Notes: generated from the sequence alone by a model not told the origin. 32,000 nucleotides of DNA from Mucisphaera calidilacus (GCF_007748075.1 NZ_CP036280.1:3270001-3302000), one strand, 5' to 3'. Positions 1 through 10,617 are shown, counted from the stretch's first letter. Numbers and translations are program-made.

Positions 1-293
1 TCCGCCGTCGAAAAGCCCGCGTACTGACGCACCGTCCACGGACGCATCACGTACATCGTGCTGTAAGGACCACGCAGGTAGGGGGGCAGGCCCGGCATCG
101 ACTGGAGGTGCTCCAGGCCCTCCAGGTCCGCCGGCGTATAAAGCGGCTTGACCGGGATCTGCTCGGGCGTCTGCCAGATGTAATCCTCGACCGACCGGCC
201 CAGATCCTTCGTGGCCAGATCCTGCCACGCCTCCGCATCGGCACGGGCCTGATCCGAAGCCAGCGGAATATCCTTGAAGTTCGGCAACGTCAT
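1..293 (-). CDS. mutB: methylmalonyl-CoA mutase large (alpha) subunit, N-terminal fragment; continues beyond position 1
   Basis: Hand translation of the minus strand from the ATG at 293 gives MTLPNFKDIPLASDQARADAEAWQDLATKDLGRSVEDYIWQTPEQIPVKPLYTPADLEGLEHLQSMPGLPPYLRGPYSTMYVMRPWTVRQYAGFSTA. The RGPYxTMYxxRPWTxRQYAGFSTA block is the conserved N-terminal motif of MCM large subunits. The start overlaps the mutA stop (ATGA at 290-293). It is absent from the ORF track because the window edge truncates it. Confidence 0.8.
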   Translation of the reverse strand, partial: MTLPNFKDIPLASDQARADAEAWQDLATKDLGRSVEDYIWQTPEQIPVKPLYTPADLEGLEHLQSMPGLPPYLRGPYSTMYVMRPWTVRQYAGFSTA

Positions 294-2446
294 GACAGCA
301 CGCCTTCCTCGCTCAGCAACTCACGCAGCGTGTTGAGCACATCACACTTGATGAAGATGAACCGGTCCACGCCGGCCTTACGGTAATCAGCCTCGGAATC
401 GCCCGGGGCACCCGCGAGAACCACCGTCCGGGCTCCCGCGGCCTTCAAACGCTCGGTCACCGCAGGAACCGCCTGCGGGTACAACTTGTCCGATGAGCAC
501 AGCACCACGACCGAAGCGCCCGAATCCACAAACGCCTTGATCGCCGCGTCACCCGCCGCCGTCAGCTCCTCGTCCGTCTTCCAAAGAAGCGGCTTGGAAC
601 CCACGACCTCGAAACCGCCCGCCTCGAAGAAGTTCGTGCTGTACGCAGCCCGCGCCGTGTGGTGCGCCACCGGCCCGAGATTCGCCAGGAACACGCGCGG
701 GCGATGACCCGTCATCTCGAGGTAGCGATCGCTCGCGTCACGCAGCTCCTCGAACGGCGCCGCATAGGGGTGCGGCAACACCGCACGCGCCGTCGCCGGC
801 TCGCTACGGAACATCGGGGCCGCCAGCTGCGAGATCCGTGCACACGAACCCGCCAGCCGAACCGCCGTCGCCACACGCTCCACACCCGGCTCGCTCAGCC
901 GCTTCACGTCCGCGAGATCCGCCTCACTCAGCGACTTCTCGCACGTCCGTGCCTTCGCCTCTTCACGCAGGCGGTTGATGTCGATCGTCTCCTTCTTCAC
1001 CGGCTTCTCGCCGAGATTCGGGAACTCACTCACACCCGTGATCGCGTCGCGACGACGCGCGATGTTCTTCAGACGCGGCGCGAACGCCGAGTCGATCTGA
1101 TCCTGAACCCAGCCCGACGTCAGCGCCGCAGCCATGCCGCCCTGTGCCTCGACCTGCTGGAAGAACGCCCAGCCCTTCTCGCACAGCTCGTCCGTCAGCG
1201 ACTCGATGAACCACGAGCCACCCGCCGGATCAACCACCCGGCCCAGCTGCGACTCCTCGGCCAGAATCACCTGCGTGTTCCGGGCGATACGCTTGCCAAA
1301 CTCATCACTCGCGCCCAACGCCGCGTCAAACGGCTCGGTCGTGATGATCTGGGCACCCGCCGACGCGGCCGCAAACGTCGTCGCCGTGTTACGCAGCATG
1401 TTGACCCACGGGTCACGCTGCGTCAGCACACGCTTGGACGTCCGCGCCTGAATCAGCATCGCCGTGCCCGCGGCAGGCGAGGTGTCACCACCCGACGCCT
1501 CCAGAACACGCGCCCACAAGCGACGCGCCGCTCGCAGCTTCGCCATCGCCAGGAAGAAATTCGTCCCCAGCCCGTAGCTGAACAGCAACTGTTTCGCCGC
1601 CGCATTCACGTCCAAGCCCGCGTCCGTCAGCTCACGCAGGTAAGCCACCGCGGTCGCCATCGACAAACCCAGATCCTGCGCCGCCGTCGCGCCCGCGTGG
1701 TGATACGGCGCCGAGCCCACACGCACCGACCGGACCGACCGATACTTGCCGCTCGTCCACACCGCCAGGTCACGCATCTGACCCATCGACTCGTCCAGCG
1801 ACGTCGGCAGCTCACCGTCCCGCGCCAGCACCGCCAGCGGGTCAGCATTAAAAGCACCCCGTGCCTTCTCGTCCGCCACGCCCTTCGACGCCCAGTAAGC
1901 CGCCAGCACCGAGGCCGCAGGCAGGAACGCCGCTCCCGCCTCCAGCGCGAGCCCGATCATCTCGGGATGAACGCCCGCCAGCAACGCGTCCAGATCGGCC
2001 ACCGTGTAGACCATCAGGCCGTCACGCCCCAGCCACTCGCGGTCTGTCACCGTGTCCGGACCCAGACCACGCCGGGCCGCCACGTCCAGACGGAGCTGCA
2101 GCGACGTCACGCCACGCGCCAGGTCCTCCAGCACCAGAGCATTCGCACGCTCCAGATCCGGGTGATCCTGCTGCTGACGAATGTCCCAGCCGCACGCCGC
2201 CGAGCCCAGCGACGTCGAGCCACGCGTAAACGGATAACACCCCGGCAGATCCGCAAGCTTCTCCGCCGCGGACCAGTCGTTGAACGTGTAGACGGGCTTG
2301 AGATCAATCCCCTCGTACGTGCTCGTGATCAGCCTCTTCTCAAAAGGCGCACCCTTGAGGTCCTTCTCCACCACCGCTCGCCACGTCGATTCCTCGACAG
2401 GCGGAAAATCATCCGAGAGAACAAGCTTGGGGCTGAGTGTCGTCAT
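290..2446 (-). CDS. mutA: methylmalonyl-CoA mutase small (beta) subunit-like protein
   Basis: 718-aa ORF with MCM-family N-terminal and barrel regions (WRAVVEKDLKGAPFEKRLITSTYEGIDLKPVYT, YPFTRG, GWDIRQ). It has a C-terminal Rossmann-like domain without a DxHxxG cobalamin motif (LGPVAHHTARAAYSTNFFEAGGFEV), as expected for the non-catalytic subunit. It is translationally coupled to mutB. Confidence 0.75.
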   Translation of the reverse strand: MTTLSPKLVLSDDFPPVEESTWRAVVEKDLKGAPFEKRLITSTYEGIDLKPVYTFNDWSAAEKLADLPGCYPFTRGSTSLGSAACGWDIRQQQDHPDLERANALVLEDLARGVTSLQLRLDVAARRGLGPDTVTDREWLGRDGLMVYTVADLDALLAGVHPEMIGLALEAGAAFLPAASVLAAYWASKGVADEKARGAFNADPLAVLARDGELPTSLDESMGQMRDLAVWTSGKYRSVRSVRVGSAPYHHAGATAAQDLGLSMATAVAYLRELTDAGLDVNAAAKQLLFSYGLGTNFFLAMAKLRAARRLWARVLEASGGDTSPAAGTAMLIQARTSKRVLTQRDPWVNMLRNTATTFAAASAGAQIITTEPFDAALGASDEFGKRIARNTQVILAEESQLGRVVDPAGGSWFIESLTDELCEKGWAFFQQVEAQGGMAAALTSGWVQDQIDSAFAPRLKNIARRRDAITGVSEFPNLGEKPVKKETIDINRLREEAKARTCEKSLSEADLADVKRLSEPGVERVATAVRLAGSCARISQLAAPMFRSEPATARAVLPHPYAAPFEELRDASDRYLEMTGHRPRVFLANLGPVAHHTARAAYSTNFFEAGGFEVVGSKPLLWKTDEELTAAGDAAIKAFVDSGASVVVLCSSDKLYPQAVPAVTERLKAAGARTVVLAGAPGDSEADYRKAGVDRFIFIKCDVLNTLRELLSEEGVLS

Positions 2447-2638
2447 GACGGTTTCTTCCAGCAGATCAAACTTTTCAGGAGGGAAAACACACGATCATAA
2501 CCGCATGTCAATCTGGGTAACGGCCCTGACGGGCCGGGAGATGAGTATAAGCGATTGAATAGTCTTTTGAAAGTCGCGGTCCCGCACGCACGACCTCCCC
2601 CGACGACGAAATACTTTTCACCAGCGTACCGTGTCTCT

Positions 2639-3772
2639 ATGACCAACGTCCAGACCTACCTCACCCACTTCCTCGACGTTGCCCTCGAAGCCGCCCCCTG
2701 GCTCGCGCTCGGGCTCATCGCCGCCGGACTCCTCAAAGGCCTCCTCCCCGCCGGCGCCCTCGCACGCTTCGTCGGCAAGCCGGGACTCGGCTCCGTGATC
2801 CGCGGATCCCTCATCGGCGTGCCCCTGCCCCTCTGCTCCTGTGGCGTCGTGCCCGCCGCACTCGGCCTCCGACGCGAAGGCGCCTCCAAAGGCGCCACCG
2901 TCTCCTTCCTCGTTTCCACGCCCCAGACAGGCGTCGACTCCCTCGCCGTCTCCTACGCGCTGCTCGGACCCATGCTCACCCTCGCAAGACCGATCGCCTC
3001 CGTGATCACCGCCATCGCAGGCGGCCTCGCCGCCGAGGCCGTCGACCGCAAAACACCCGCCAACCCGTCTGAACCCGAATCACCCAGGCCCTGCTGCTGC
3101 TCCACCGAAGAATCCACCTGTGGCGGCACAAGATCCGTCTCCCTGGGCGTCATCAACCAGCCACCACCCCCGCCACCCCAACCAACCCTGACCCAAAAAG
3201 TCTGGCGCGGCCAGACCTACGCCTGGACCACCATCCTCGACGACATGGCCGTCTGGTTACTACTCGGCCTCGCCGTCGCCGCCCTCATCAACACCCTCGC
3301 CCCACCCGACACCCTCCACGCCATCGGCTCCGGCCTGCCCGCCATGATCGCCATGGTCCTCATCGGCATCCCCATGTACATCTGCGCCACCGCCTCCACA
3401 CCCATCGCCGCCTCGTTACTGGTCGCCGGCATCTCCCCGGGCACCGTTCTCGTGTTCCTCCTCGCCGGGCCCGCCACCAACGCCGGCACCGTCGCCGTCA
3501 TCCGACGCGAACTCGGCACCGCCTCCACCGCCGCCTACCTCGCCGCCATCATCGTCGTCTCCATCGCCGCGGGACTCGTCACCGACATCGCCCTCACCTC
3601 GGCAGGCTGGACCGCGCCTGAAACCGCCCACGAACACCACAGCGTGGCGACGATGATCATCAGCTGGCTCGCGCTTCTCATGCTGATCGTGATCGGCAGC
3701 CGAAAACTGATACCCTCTCGCGCGATCACGCCCCCCGACAAGGACGTCTCCCATGCCGCTCCAGGCGATTGA
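2639..3772 (+). CDS. DUF318/ArsP-type permease (SO_0444-like putative metal efflux permease)
   Basis: Polytopic membrane protein with the family signature GVPLPLCSCGVVPAALGLRREGASKGATVSFLVSTPQTGVDS and an internally duplicated half. The central loop carries CCC...C and a six-proline run. I chose the start at the ATG at 2639 (MTNVQTYL...), because the longer ORF from 2555 adds a non-membrane, P/R-rich leader. Confidence 0.7.
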   Translation: MTNVQTYLTHFLDVALEAAPWLALGLIAAGLLKGLLPAGALARFVGKPGLGSVIRGSLIGVPLPLCSCGVVPAALGLRREGASKGATVSFLVSTPQTGVDSLAVSYALLGPMLTLARPIASVITAIAGGLAAEAVDRKTPANPSEPESPRPCCCSTEESTCGGTRSVSLGVINQPPPPPPQPTLTQKVWRGQTYAWTTILDDMAVWLLLGLAVAALINTLAPPDTLHAIGSGLPAMIAMVLIGIPMYICATASTPIAASLLVAGISPGTVLVFLLAGPATNAGTVAVIRRELGTASTAAYLAAIIVVSIAAGLVTDIALTSAGWTAPETAHEHHSVATMIISWLALLMLIVIGSRKLIPSRAITPPDKDVSHAAPGD

Positions 3773-4370
3773 CCTGCCCCTCGGCGACCACGACCTCTCC
3801 GACCGCGTCGCCGAACTCCTCGAAGACGCCGACCGCCGCATCGAACGGTGGGTCCACGACCGACGCGACACACCCATCCCAGGTTTCGTCCCCGCCGATT
3901 ACCCCCTCGTCTTCCAGGCACTCCTCGCCATCGACCAGCTCGGCCTCGCCACCGGACAGCACTTCCTCGAGTGGGGCTCGGGCTTCGGCATCATCACCGC
4001 CATGGCCTCCGTCATCGGCTTCGAGGCCTTCGGCATCGAGGTCGAACACGACCTCGTCGACCAGGCCGAACACCTTCTCGATGACCACGACATCCACGCT
4101 CGCTTCGCACGCGGCTCCTACCTGCCCCCCGACGCCGACCAGAACCAGGACCTCGTCCGCGACTACTCCTGGCTCGAAACCGACCGGCCCGACGGCTACG
4201 ACGAACTCGGACTCGAGATCGACGACTTCGACCTCATCTACGTCTACCCCTGGCCCGGCGAAGAACCCGTCGCAGAAGCCTGCTTCGAGCAGTACGCCTC
4301 CTTCGGCAGCCTGCTCCTCTCCTACCGAACCGACGACCGCCTCTGGCTTCACCGCAAGGTCCGCAAGTAA
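3753..4370 (+). CDS. small class I SAM-dependent methyltransferase-like protein (hypothetical)
   Basis: 205-aa acidic protein with a motif I-like FLEWGSGFGIIT followed by an acidic residue at a strand end (FGIEVEHD). Codon usage matches its neighbours. It overlaps the permease stop by 20 nt. The function is not established. Confidence 0.5.
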   Translation: MPLQAIDLPLGDHDLSDRVAELLEDADRRIERWVHDRRDTPIPGFVPADYPLVFQALLAIDQLGLATGQHFLEWGSGFGIITAMASVIGFEAFGIEVEHDLVDQAEHLLDDHDIHARFARGSYLPPDADQNQDLVRDYSWLETDRPDGYDELGLEIDDFDLIYVYPWPGEEPVAEACFEQYASFGSLLLSYRTDDRLWLHRKVRK

Positions 4371-4376
4371 ACCGAC

Positions 4377-5609
4377 TCAGACCACGGCCGGCTCACCCGA
4401 GATCCGACGCAGCAACTCGATCTCCGCCTCAAACAGCGGGTGATCGCGGCGCGCCATCACCGTCGCCGCCGTGTCCATGAACTTGTCGAACTCGTAGTGC
4501 TGACGACCCGCGTCCGTGTAGAAACCAAACGGCGCCGCGTACTTCGGCGCAAACGTCGACCGCGCAATCATGCAACCCGTCGAGATGCACGAACCGGTCA
4601 TGATCCGCGTCCCGATCGCCGTCCGCACGAAATCACCCAGCACCGGACCCAGGAACGTGTGACCCGTGTCCTCCGGCGCCATCCCCGGCTCCAGCTGCAT
4701 CCGCACCGACGTGTACGTGTTCTTCAGGTTCGACACCGACGTCCCCGCTCCCAGGTTGCACCACTGACCCACCAGCGAATGCCCCAGGTAGCCGTAGTGC
4801 GCCTTGTTGCTCCACGCCTGAATCACCGAGTACGACACCTCGCCCGACACCCGACAGAACGGGCCGATCGAGACGTTCGGCCGCAGACTCGTGAGCGCAC
4901 CGACGACCGTGTGACGACCGACATAAACCGGCCCCTCGATCACACAGTTCGCTCCCACCGAAGCACCGTCGTCGATTACGATCGCCCCGCCACTCGTGTC
5001 CAGCACCGTGTTCGGGCCGATCTTTGCACCCTGACCCAGCTTCACCGGGTGATCACCCACCACCACCACCCCGCGGCAGCGATCCTCCAGCACACGCTGG
5101 GTGAACTCCGACAGCTCCAGCGTCTTCAAGTCATAAGCCATCGCGTCCCCCAACTCCGCGAACACGTCCCACGGACGCTCCATGAGCATCTCCTGATCCG
5201 TCGCGACCGTCTCCACGCCGGTGTGCGGGTCCGACGATTCCAGGAGCTTGCCCGCATCAATCCACGTCACGTGCGCCGCCACCACCTGACCGTCCGGCTC
5301 GACCAGCACCTGACCCGGCTCCAGCGAACGGATCTCGTCCGCGTTGCGAATCCCGTTCCAGCGGCCGTTCACAATCAGCCAGTCGCCATCCTCGAGACCG
5401 CTGTTCACCGACGCGGGATAACGCGGCGCCGACACGTCCTGGTAACGCATCGGCATCCACAACGCGTCGACAGGACGGCCCAACTGACGCTCGATCCGCT
5501 GCCGAATCTCCAGGGCACCCGTGCGCGTCGCGAAGATCGCACGCCGGTGCCGCAACGGACCAAACTGACCCCGATCGTCGTCATATACCAGCAGTCGTGT
5601 GTTCGCCAT
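4377..5609 (-). CDS. GlmU-like putative sugar nucleotidyltransferase/acyltransferase with a left-handed beta-helix
   Basis: 410-aa ORF. The C-terminal half carries imperfect hexapeptide repeats (IGPNTVLDTSGGAIVIDDGASVGANCVIEGPVYVGRHTVVGALTSLRPNVSIGPFCRVSGEV). The N-terminal half resembles the alternative bacterial GlmU-like family. It is transcribed divergently from dnaA. Confidence 0.6.
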   Translation of the reverse strand: MANTRLLVYDDDRGQFGPLRHRRAIFATRTGALEIRQRIERQLGRPVDALWMPMRYQDVSAPRYPASVNSGLEDGDWLIVNGRWNGIRNADEIRSLEPGQVLVEPDGQVVAAHVTWIDAGKLLESSDPHTGVETVATDQEMLMERPWDVFAELGDAMAYDLKTLELSEFTQRVLEDRCRGVVVVGDHPVKLGQGAKIGPNTVLDTSGGAIVIDDGASVGANCVIEGPVYVGRHTVVGALTSLRPNVSIGPFCRVSGEVSYSVIQAWSNKAHYGYLGHSLVGQWCNLGAGTSVSNLKNTYTSVRMQLEPGMAPEDTGHTFLGPVLGDFVRTAIGTRIMTGSCISTGCMIARSTFAPKYAAPFGFYTDAGRQHYEFDKFMDTAATVMARRDHPLFEAEIELLRRISGEPAVV

Positions 5610-5764
5610 GCAGGCAGTATCGGCTCTTTGACAACCTTTGTCTGCTCCGAAACAGGCCGTTGCATTTCAAGCCCGTTCAACGTACGTTGGAACTTGCGCC
5701 CCGAAACGGTCCGGGGCTTGGTCTGTCAGCAGCGTTCACCGAACGCAGGGGAAGATACTCAGGC

Positions 5765-7267
5765 ATGCCCAGGCTCGACGACAAGCTCTGGCGCGACATG
5801 ATGGCGCACCTGCGCCGCAAACACGCGTCCATCTGCAGACAGTGGTTCGACGAACTCGAACCCATCGCGCTCGAAGGCGGCCTCCTCCGCGTCCGAACCA
5901 CGAACTCCATCCAGCAGAACTACCTCCAGAAACGCTGCCTCGAGCCCTTCAACGACGCAGCACAGGCCGTCACCGGCGCCCTCATCGCCGTCCGCTTCGA
6001 ACACCACCAGACAGCCGCCGGCCCGGCCGACCACCACAAGGCCGAGTCCAACGGCGCCGCGACCGTCGAAACACCCGCCGCTGCCGTTGCCGAGACGAAA
6101 CCCGCCGTGCCGCCCCAAACCCTCGAGATCGACGTCAGCGACCCCATGGAACCCCCCGCCTTCAGCGTCACCAGCGACAACCAACGCATCGACAACAACG
6201 GGCAGGCCATCGAGCTCAGCGACGACTTCGTCCTCAGCCCCGACTACACCTTCAGCAACTTCATCACCGGACCCAATAACCAGCTCGCCTACGCCGCCTC
6301 CGTCGCCGTCGCCAACCAGCCCGGCACCGCCTACAACCCGCTGTTCATCCACGGCGGGGTCGGCCTCGGCAAAACCCACCTCCTCCAGGGCATCTGTCAG
6401 GCCATCCTCACCCAGCGCCCCGAAACACGCATCGTCTACGTCTCCTGCGAAGCCTTCATGACCCAGTTCATCGAGTCCGTTCAACGCGGACAGATGCTCC
6501 AGTTCAGGCACCGCTACCGCTACGCCGACATGCTCGTCATCGACGATATCCACTTCCTCTCCTCACGCGAACGATCCCAGGAAGAGTTCTTCCACACCTT
6601 CAACGAGCTCTACCAGGCCAACAAACAGATCGTCCTCAGCTCCGACGCAGCCCCCTCCGAAATCCCACACCTCGAAGAACGACTCATGTCACGCTTCCAG
6701 TGGGGCCTCGTCGCCAACGTCACCAAGCCGCACTTCGAGACACGCGTCGCCATCCTCCGCGCCAAGGCCAAGCTCCGTGGCGTCGACGTCCCCGACGAGG
6801 TCATCGCCTACATGGCCCAACGCATCGACTCCAACGCCCGCGAACTCGAAGGCGCCATCACCAACGTCCTCGCCCACGCCGCCCTCGGCGGACGACCCAT
6901 CGACCTCGAACTCGCCGCAGAAGCCCTCGGCGACCAGATCAACCAGCCACGCTCCAACCACGCCACGCTCCAGCAGATCATCGACGTCGTCACCGGCTAC
7001 TACTCCGTCAAACTCTCCGACCTCCAGTCACGACGACGACACAAGTCCGTCACCGAGCCCCGCCAGATCTGCATGTTCCTCGCTCGCCGGCACACTCGCT
7101 ACAGCCTCGAAGAAATCGGCGGACACTTCGGCGGACGTGACCACACCACCGTCATGCACTCCATCAAGACCATCGAAGAACGCTCACAAGTCAACGACGG
7201 ATTCGCCCGCGAGATCACCGCCCTCGAAGAACGCCTCGACCAGGCACCCGCCACACCCCGGCCCTGA
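5765..7267 (+). CDS. dnaA: chromosomal replication initiator protein DnaA
   Basis: Walker A GGVGLGKTHL, Walker B LVIDDIHFL, sensor/box VII region SNARELEGA, and the C-terminal DNA-binding helix-turn-helix ICMFLARRHTRYSLEEIGGHFGGRDHTTVMHSIKTIE. Start taken at MPRLDDKLWRDMM (ATG 5765). The ORF-track start at 5597 adds an implausible leader that overlaps the divergent gene. Confidence 0.95.
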   Translation: MPRLDDKLWRDMMAHLRRKHASICRQWFDELEPIALEGGLLRVRTTNSIQQNYLQKRCLEPFNDAAQAVTGALIAVRFEHHQTAAGPADHHKAESNGAATVETPAAAVAETKPAVPPQTLEIDVSDPMEPPAFSVTSDNQRIDNNGQAIELSDDFVLSPDYTFSNFITGPNNQLAYAASVAVANQPGTAYNPLFIHGGVGLGKTHLLQGICQAILTQRPETRIVYVSCEAFMTQFIESVQRGQMLQFRHRYRYADMLVIDDIHFLSSRERSQEEFFHTFNELYQANKQIVLSSDAAPSEIPHLEERLMSRFQWGLVANVTKPHFETRVAILRAKAKLRGVDVPDEVIAYMAQRIDSNARELEGAITNVLAHAALGGRPIDLELAAEALGDQINQPRSNHATLQQIIDVVTGYYSVKLSDLQSRRRHKSVTEPRQICMFLARRHTRYSLEEIGGHFGGRDHTTVMHSIKTIEERSQVNDGFAREITALEERLDQAPATPRP

Positions 7268-7310
7268 ACCCGAACCGACAACACGACCCGGGACACACCA
7301 AACAGCGATC

Positions 7311-7600
7311 GCGGTCTGTCCACAGCGACGCCTCACAACTTCTGGATAACGCGCCGCCAGCCACAACAGACACGTGGCGCAAACCAGCACTGACCTGCGC
7401 TCCACCGCGAGACCACAACATCTGGATCGCGCTCAGCATCCTGAAGCGGCGCCATGCGCCCGAAGAACCCCGTTCCACGACAACTTATCCACACGCCCAT
7501 CGCGACTATAAATACATTAAAATCAAGAACTAAGGCCATGTAAACCCGTAACACAACACCAAGCGCCAACGCCTATTACTAGAGACTGGATATATATTTC
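7311..7600. other. candidate oriC: DnaA-box cluster followed by an AT-rich unwinding-element-like stretch
   Basis: Perfect TTATCCACA at 7485-7493. TTATCCAGA (8/9) on the minus strand at 7341-7349. CTGTCCACA (7/9) at 7316-7324. CGATCCAGA (6/9) on the minus strand at 7421-7429. 7501-7600 is conspicuously AT-rich for this genome (ctataaatacattaaaatcaagaactaa ... ctggatatatatttcttact). The region lies in the 337-bp gap directly after dnaA. Confidence 0.45.
7485..7493 (+). promoter_or_regulatory. consensus DnaA box TTATCCACA
   Basis: Exact 9/9 match to the E. coli-type consensus, read directly from the sequence. Confidence 0.6.
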
Positions 7601-7604
7601 TTAC

Positions 7605-8465
7605 TCATCGTTCTTCCGGAGAAAGAGGCTGACAGGCCGGACACCACACCGTCGTCCGCTGAGCCACCAGGCCCTGCTCCAGCACCGACCCGCAACGCAG
7701 ACACGCCTCACCACCACGCCCGTAAACCCGGTGTGCCAACTGAAACCGGCCCGCGTCCCCGCTCAGCATGACGTAGTCACGCAGCGACGAGCCGCCCGCA
7801 TCGATCGCCTCAGCCAGCACCCGACCCAGCGCACGCACCAGCCGTTCGACCTCACGCCGATTCAGCGAGCAGGCCAGACGCTCCGGGTGCACACGCGCTC
7901 GGTAGAGCGATTCGTCCGCGTAGATGTTCCCAACCCCGGCGACAACGCCCTGATCCAGCAGAGCCGCCTTCACGGCCCGCCGCGAGCTTCTCAGACCCGC
8001 CATTAGCTTCCCGGGCGTCACCGACAACGCATCAACCCCCAGCCGCCCCCAACGAACCGCCTCCAGCTCTGCCTCCGATCCGAACACCCATACCCCCCCG
8101 AATCGTCGCGGATCACTCATCTGAAACGCACCCCCACCCGACAGCAACCACCGCAGGTGAACGTGCTTCCCGCAGACCAGATCCCGCTCCGCGCCCGCCG
8201 ACACCGAACCCGACATCCCCAGGTGCAGGCAGACCACCGAACCATGATCCCCGACCAAAGCCAGCTGCTTGCCCCGACGCTTCACGGCCTCGACCACCTG
8301 CCCGCTCAGCAGCGAACACGCTTCGGGAACAACATCCGCCGAACGCCGACCCGCCCCCGTGCGTACAAAATCAGGCCGCAGCACCCGCACCGATCGCACC
8401 CGTCGACCGACCACAGACTCCGCCAATCCCCTGCGGGTTGTCTCAACCTCGGGTAATTCCGGCAT
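7605..8465 (-). CDS. mutM: formamidopyrimidine-DNA glycosylase (Fpg/MutM)
   Basis: Canonical N-terminus MPELPEVETTRRGL (catalytic Pro2 and Glu3), the H2TH region, and a C-terminal zinc finger CLRCGSVLEQGLVAQRTTVWCPACQ. Confidence 0.9.
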   Translation of the reverse strand: MPELPEVETTRRGLAESVVGRRVRSVRVLRPDFVRTGAGRRSADVVPEACSLLSGQVVEAVKRRGKQLALVGDHGSVVCLHLGMSGSVSAGAERDLVCGKHVHLRWLLSGGGAFQMSDPRRFGGVWVFGSEAELEAVRWGRLGVDALSVTPGKLMAGLRSSRRAVKAALLDQGVVAGVGNIYADESLYRARVHPERLACSLNRREVERLVRALGRVLAEAIDAGGSSLRDYVMLSGDAGRFQLAHRVYGRGGEACLRCGSVLEQGLVAQRTTVWCPACQPLSPEER

Positions 8466-8532
8466 CCCCGCAGTTTAGCGCACACCACCGATATACTTCA
8501 CTCAGAGAAGCCTGAAACGAAAGCAGAACCAC

Positions 8533-9611
<1,079 letters not shown>

Positions 9612-9615
<4 letters not shown>

Positions 9616-10589
9616 ACATGGCACGCACCACGACCGCCAGCACGACACGCACCCCGACGCACGACGGCAACGAGCACCTCGCCAGCCTCGGCTCCGTCGA
9701 ACTCCGCGCACGACTCCTCATCGAGGGACTCGCCGCCGGCCTCCACCGCTCGCCGCTCCGAGGCCTCAGCCTCGAATTCGCCGAACACCGACCCTACGCG
9801 CCGGGCGACGACCTCCGCCACCTCGACTGGAAAGCCTACGGCAAGACCGACCGCCTCTACCTCAAGCGACACCACCAGGAAACCAACGTCGACCTCATGC
9901 TCCTCGTCGACACCTCCGGGTCCATGGCCTACCGATCCGACAACGCACCCTGGTCCAAGTACGACGCCGCCATCACCCTCGTCACCGCACTCACCCTCCT
10001 CGCCCTCAATCAGCACGACCGCGCAGGCATCCAGACCTTCGGCAGCCTCAAGCCCACGCAGCTCCCCGTGAGCAGCAGCCGATCGCAGTGGCTCCGCGCC
10101 GCCCACACCCTCGAACACGACAAGCCCCAGCCGCGACACCGCAACAACGACGACCCCGAACCACCCAAGGCCGAAGACCTCGCCCGCGCCGTCACGAGAC
10201 TCGACGCCCAGCTCACCCGCCGCTCCATCGTGATCATCCTCAGCGACCTCTTCGACGAACCCGACGCCATCCAACGCGCACTCGCACGGCTCCGATTCGC
10301 CGGCCACGACGTCATGCTCCTTCAGGTGATCGACCCCGCCGAACGCGCCTTCCCCTTCAGCACCTCCTCAGAGTTCGACGGCCTCGAGGCCGAGGGCAAG
10401 CAACCCATCGACCCCGCCCTCGTCGCGCCCGCCTACCGAAGCATCTTCGAGCAGCACCTCACCAGCATCACGCGCGCCGCGGCCGCCATGAGCTTCGACC
10501 ATCTCCTGCTCGAAACCGACCGGCCCATGATCCCCGCACTCCGGCACGCGCTCGCCCTGCGCTCCAGCACCGCCCAAAGACGCGGATGA
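9612..10589 (+). CDS. DUF58 (vWA-fold) protein, MoxR partner
   Basis: HRSPLRGLSLEFAEHRPYAPGDDLRHLDWKAYGKTDRLYLK is the DUF58 hallmark. A MIDAS-like LVDTSGSM and VIILSDLFD are present. The GTG at 9612 overlaps the moxR stop (GTGA). ATG at 9618 is an alternative start. Confidence 0.85.
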
Positions 10590-10617
10590 CCGAAAGGAAC
10601 CACCGACGAACGCCCAG

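Noticed and set aside
659-2500. 613-aa + strand ORF antisense to mutA. Similar giants occur at 4440-5801, 10468-12435, 12966-14711, 14869-17517, 15684-18338, 18956-20038, 21166-23148 and 21579-23621.
   Set aside because: Their translations are dominated by Arg/Gly/Pro/His/Val runs and contain no recognisable motifs. Each overlaps, on the opposite strand or in another frame of the same strand, a gene with clear family signatures. They are the expected shadow ORFs of a high-GC genome with skewed third-codon positions.
2555-2638. Upstream extensions of several ORF-track entries: 2555 for the permease, 5597 for dnaA, 12084 for the vWA protein, 18866 and 19867 in the MoxR operon, 27113 for lpxC, and 30592, 31746 and 24623 on the minus strand.
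   Set aside because: The extensions overlap neighbouring genes or encode compositionally odd leaders. Internal starts give proper signal peptides, family-typical N-termini, Shine-Dalgarno spacing or ATGA coupling.
2447-2638. Possible cobalamin or metal riboswitch, or an operator, in the divergent mutA/permease intergenic region.
   Set aside because: I could not recognise a B12-box or any convincing conserved riboswitch core. Extended hairpins or palindromes were also absent. Only short, weak inverted repeats are present.
7333-7569. 78-aa minus-strand ORF inside the dnaA-mutM intergenic region.
   Set aside because: It has no ribosome-binding context or recognisable motif, and its composition is atypical (W/C/R-rich). 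The region is better explained as the DnaA-box/AT-rich origin candidate.
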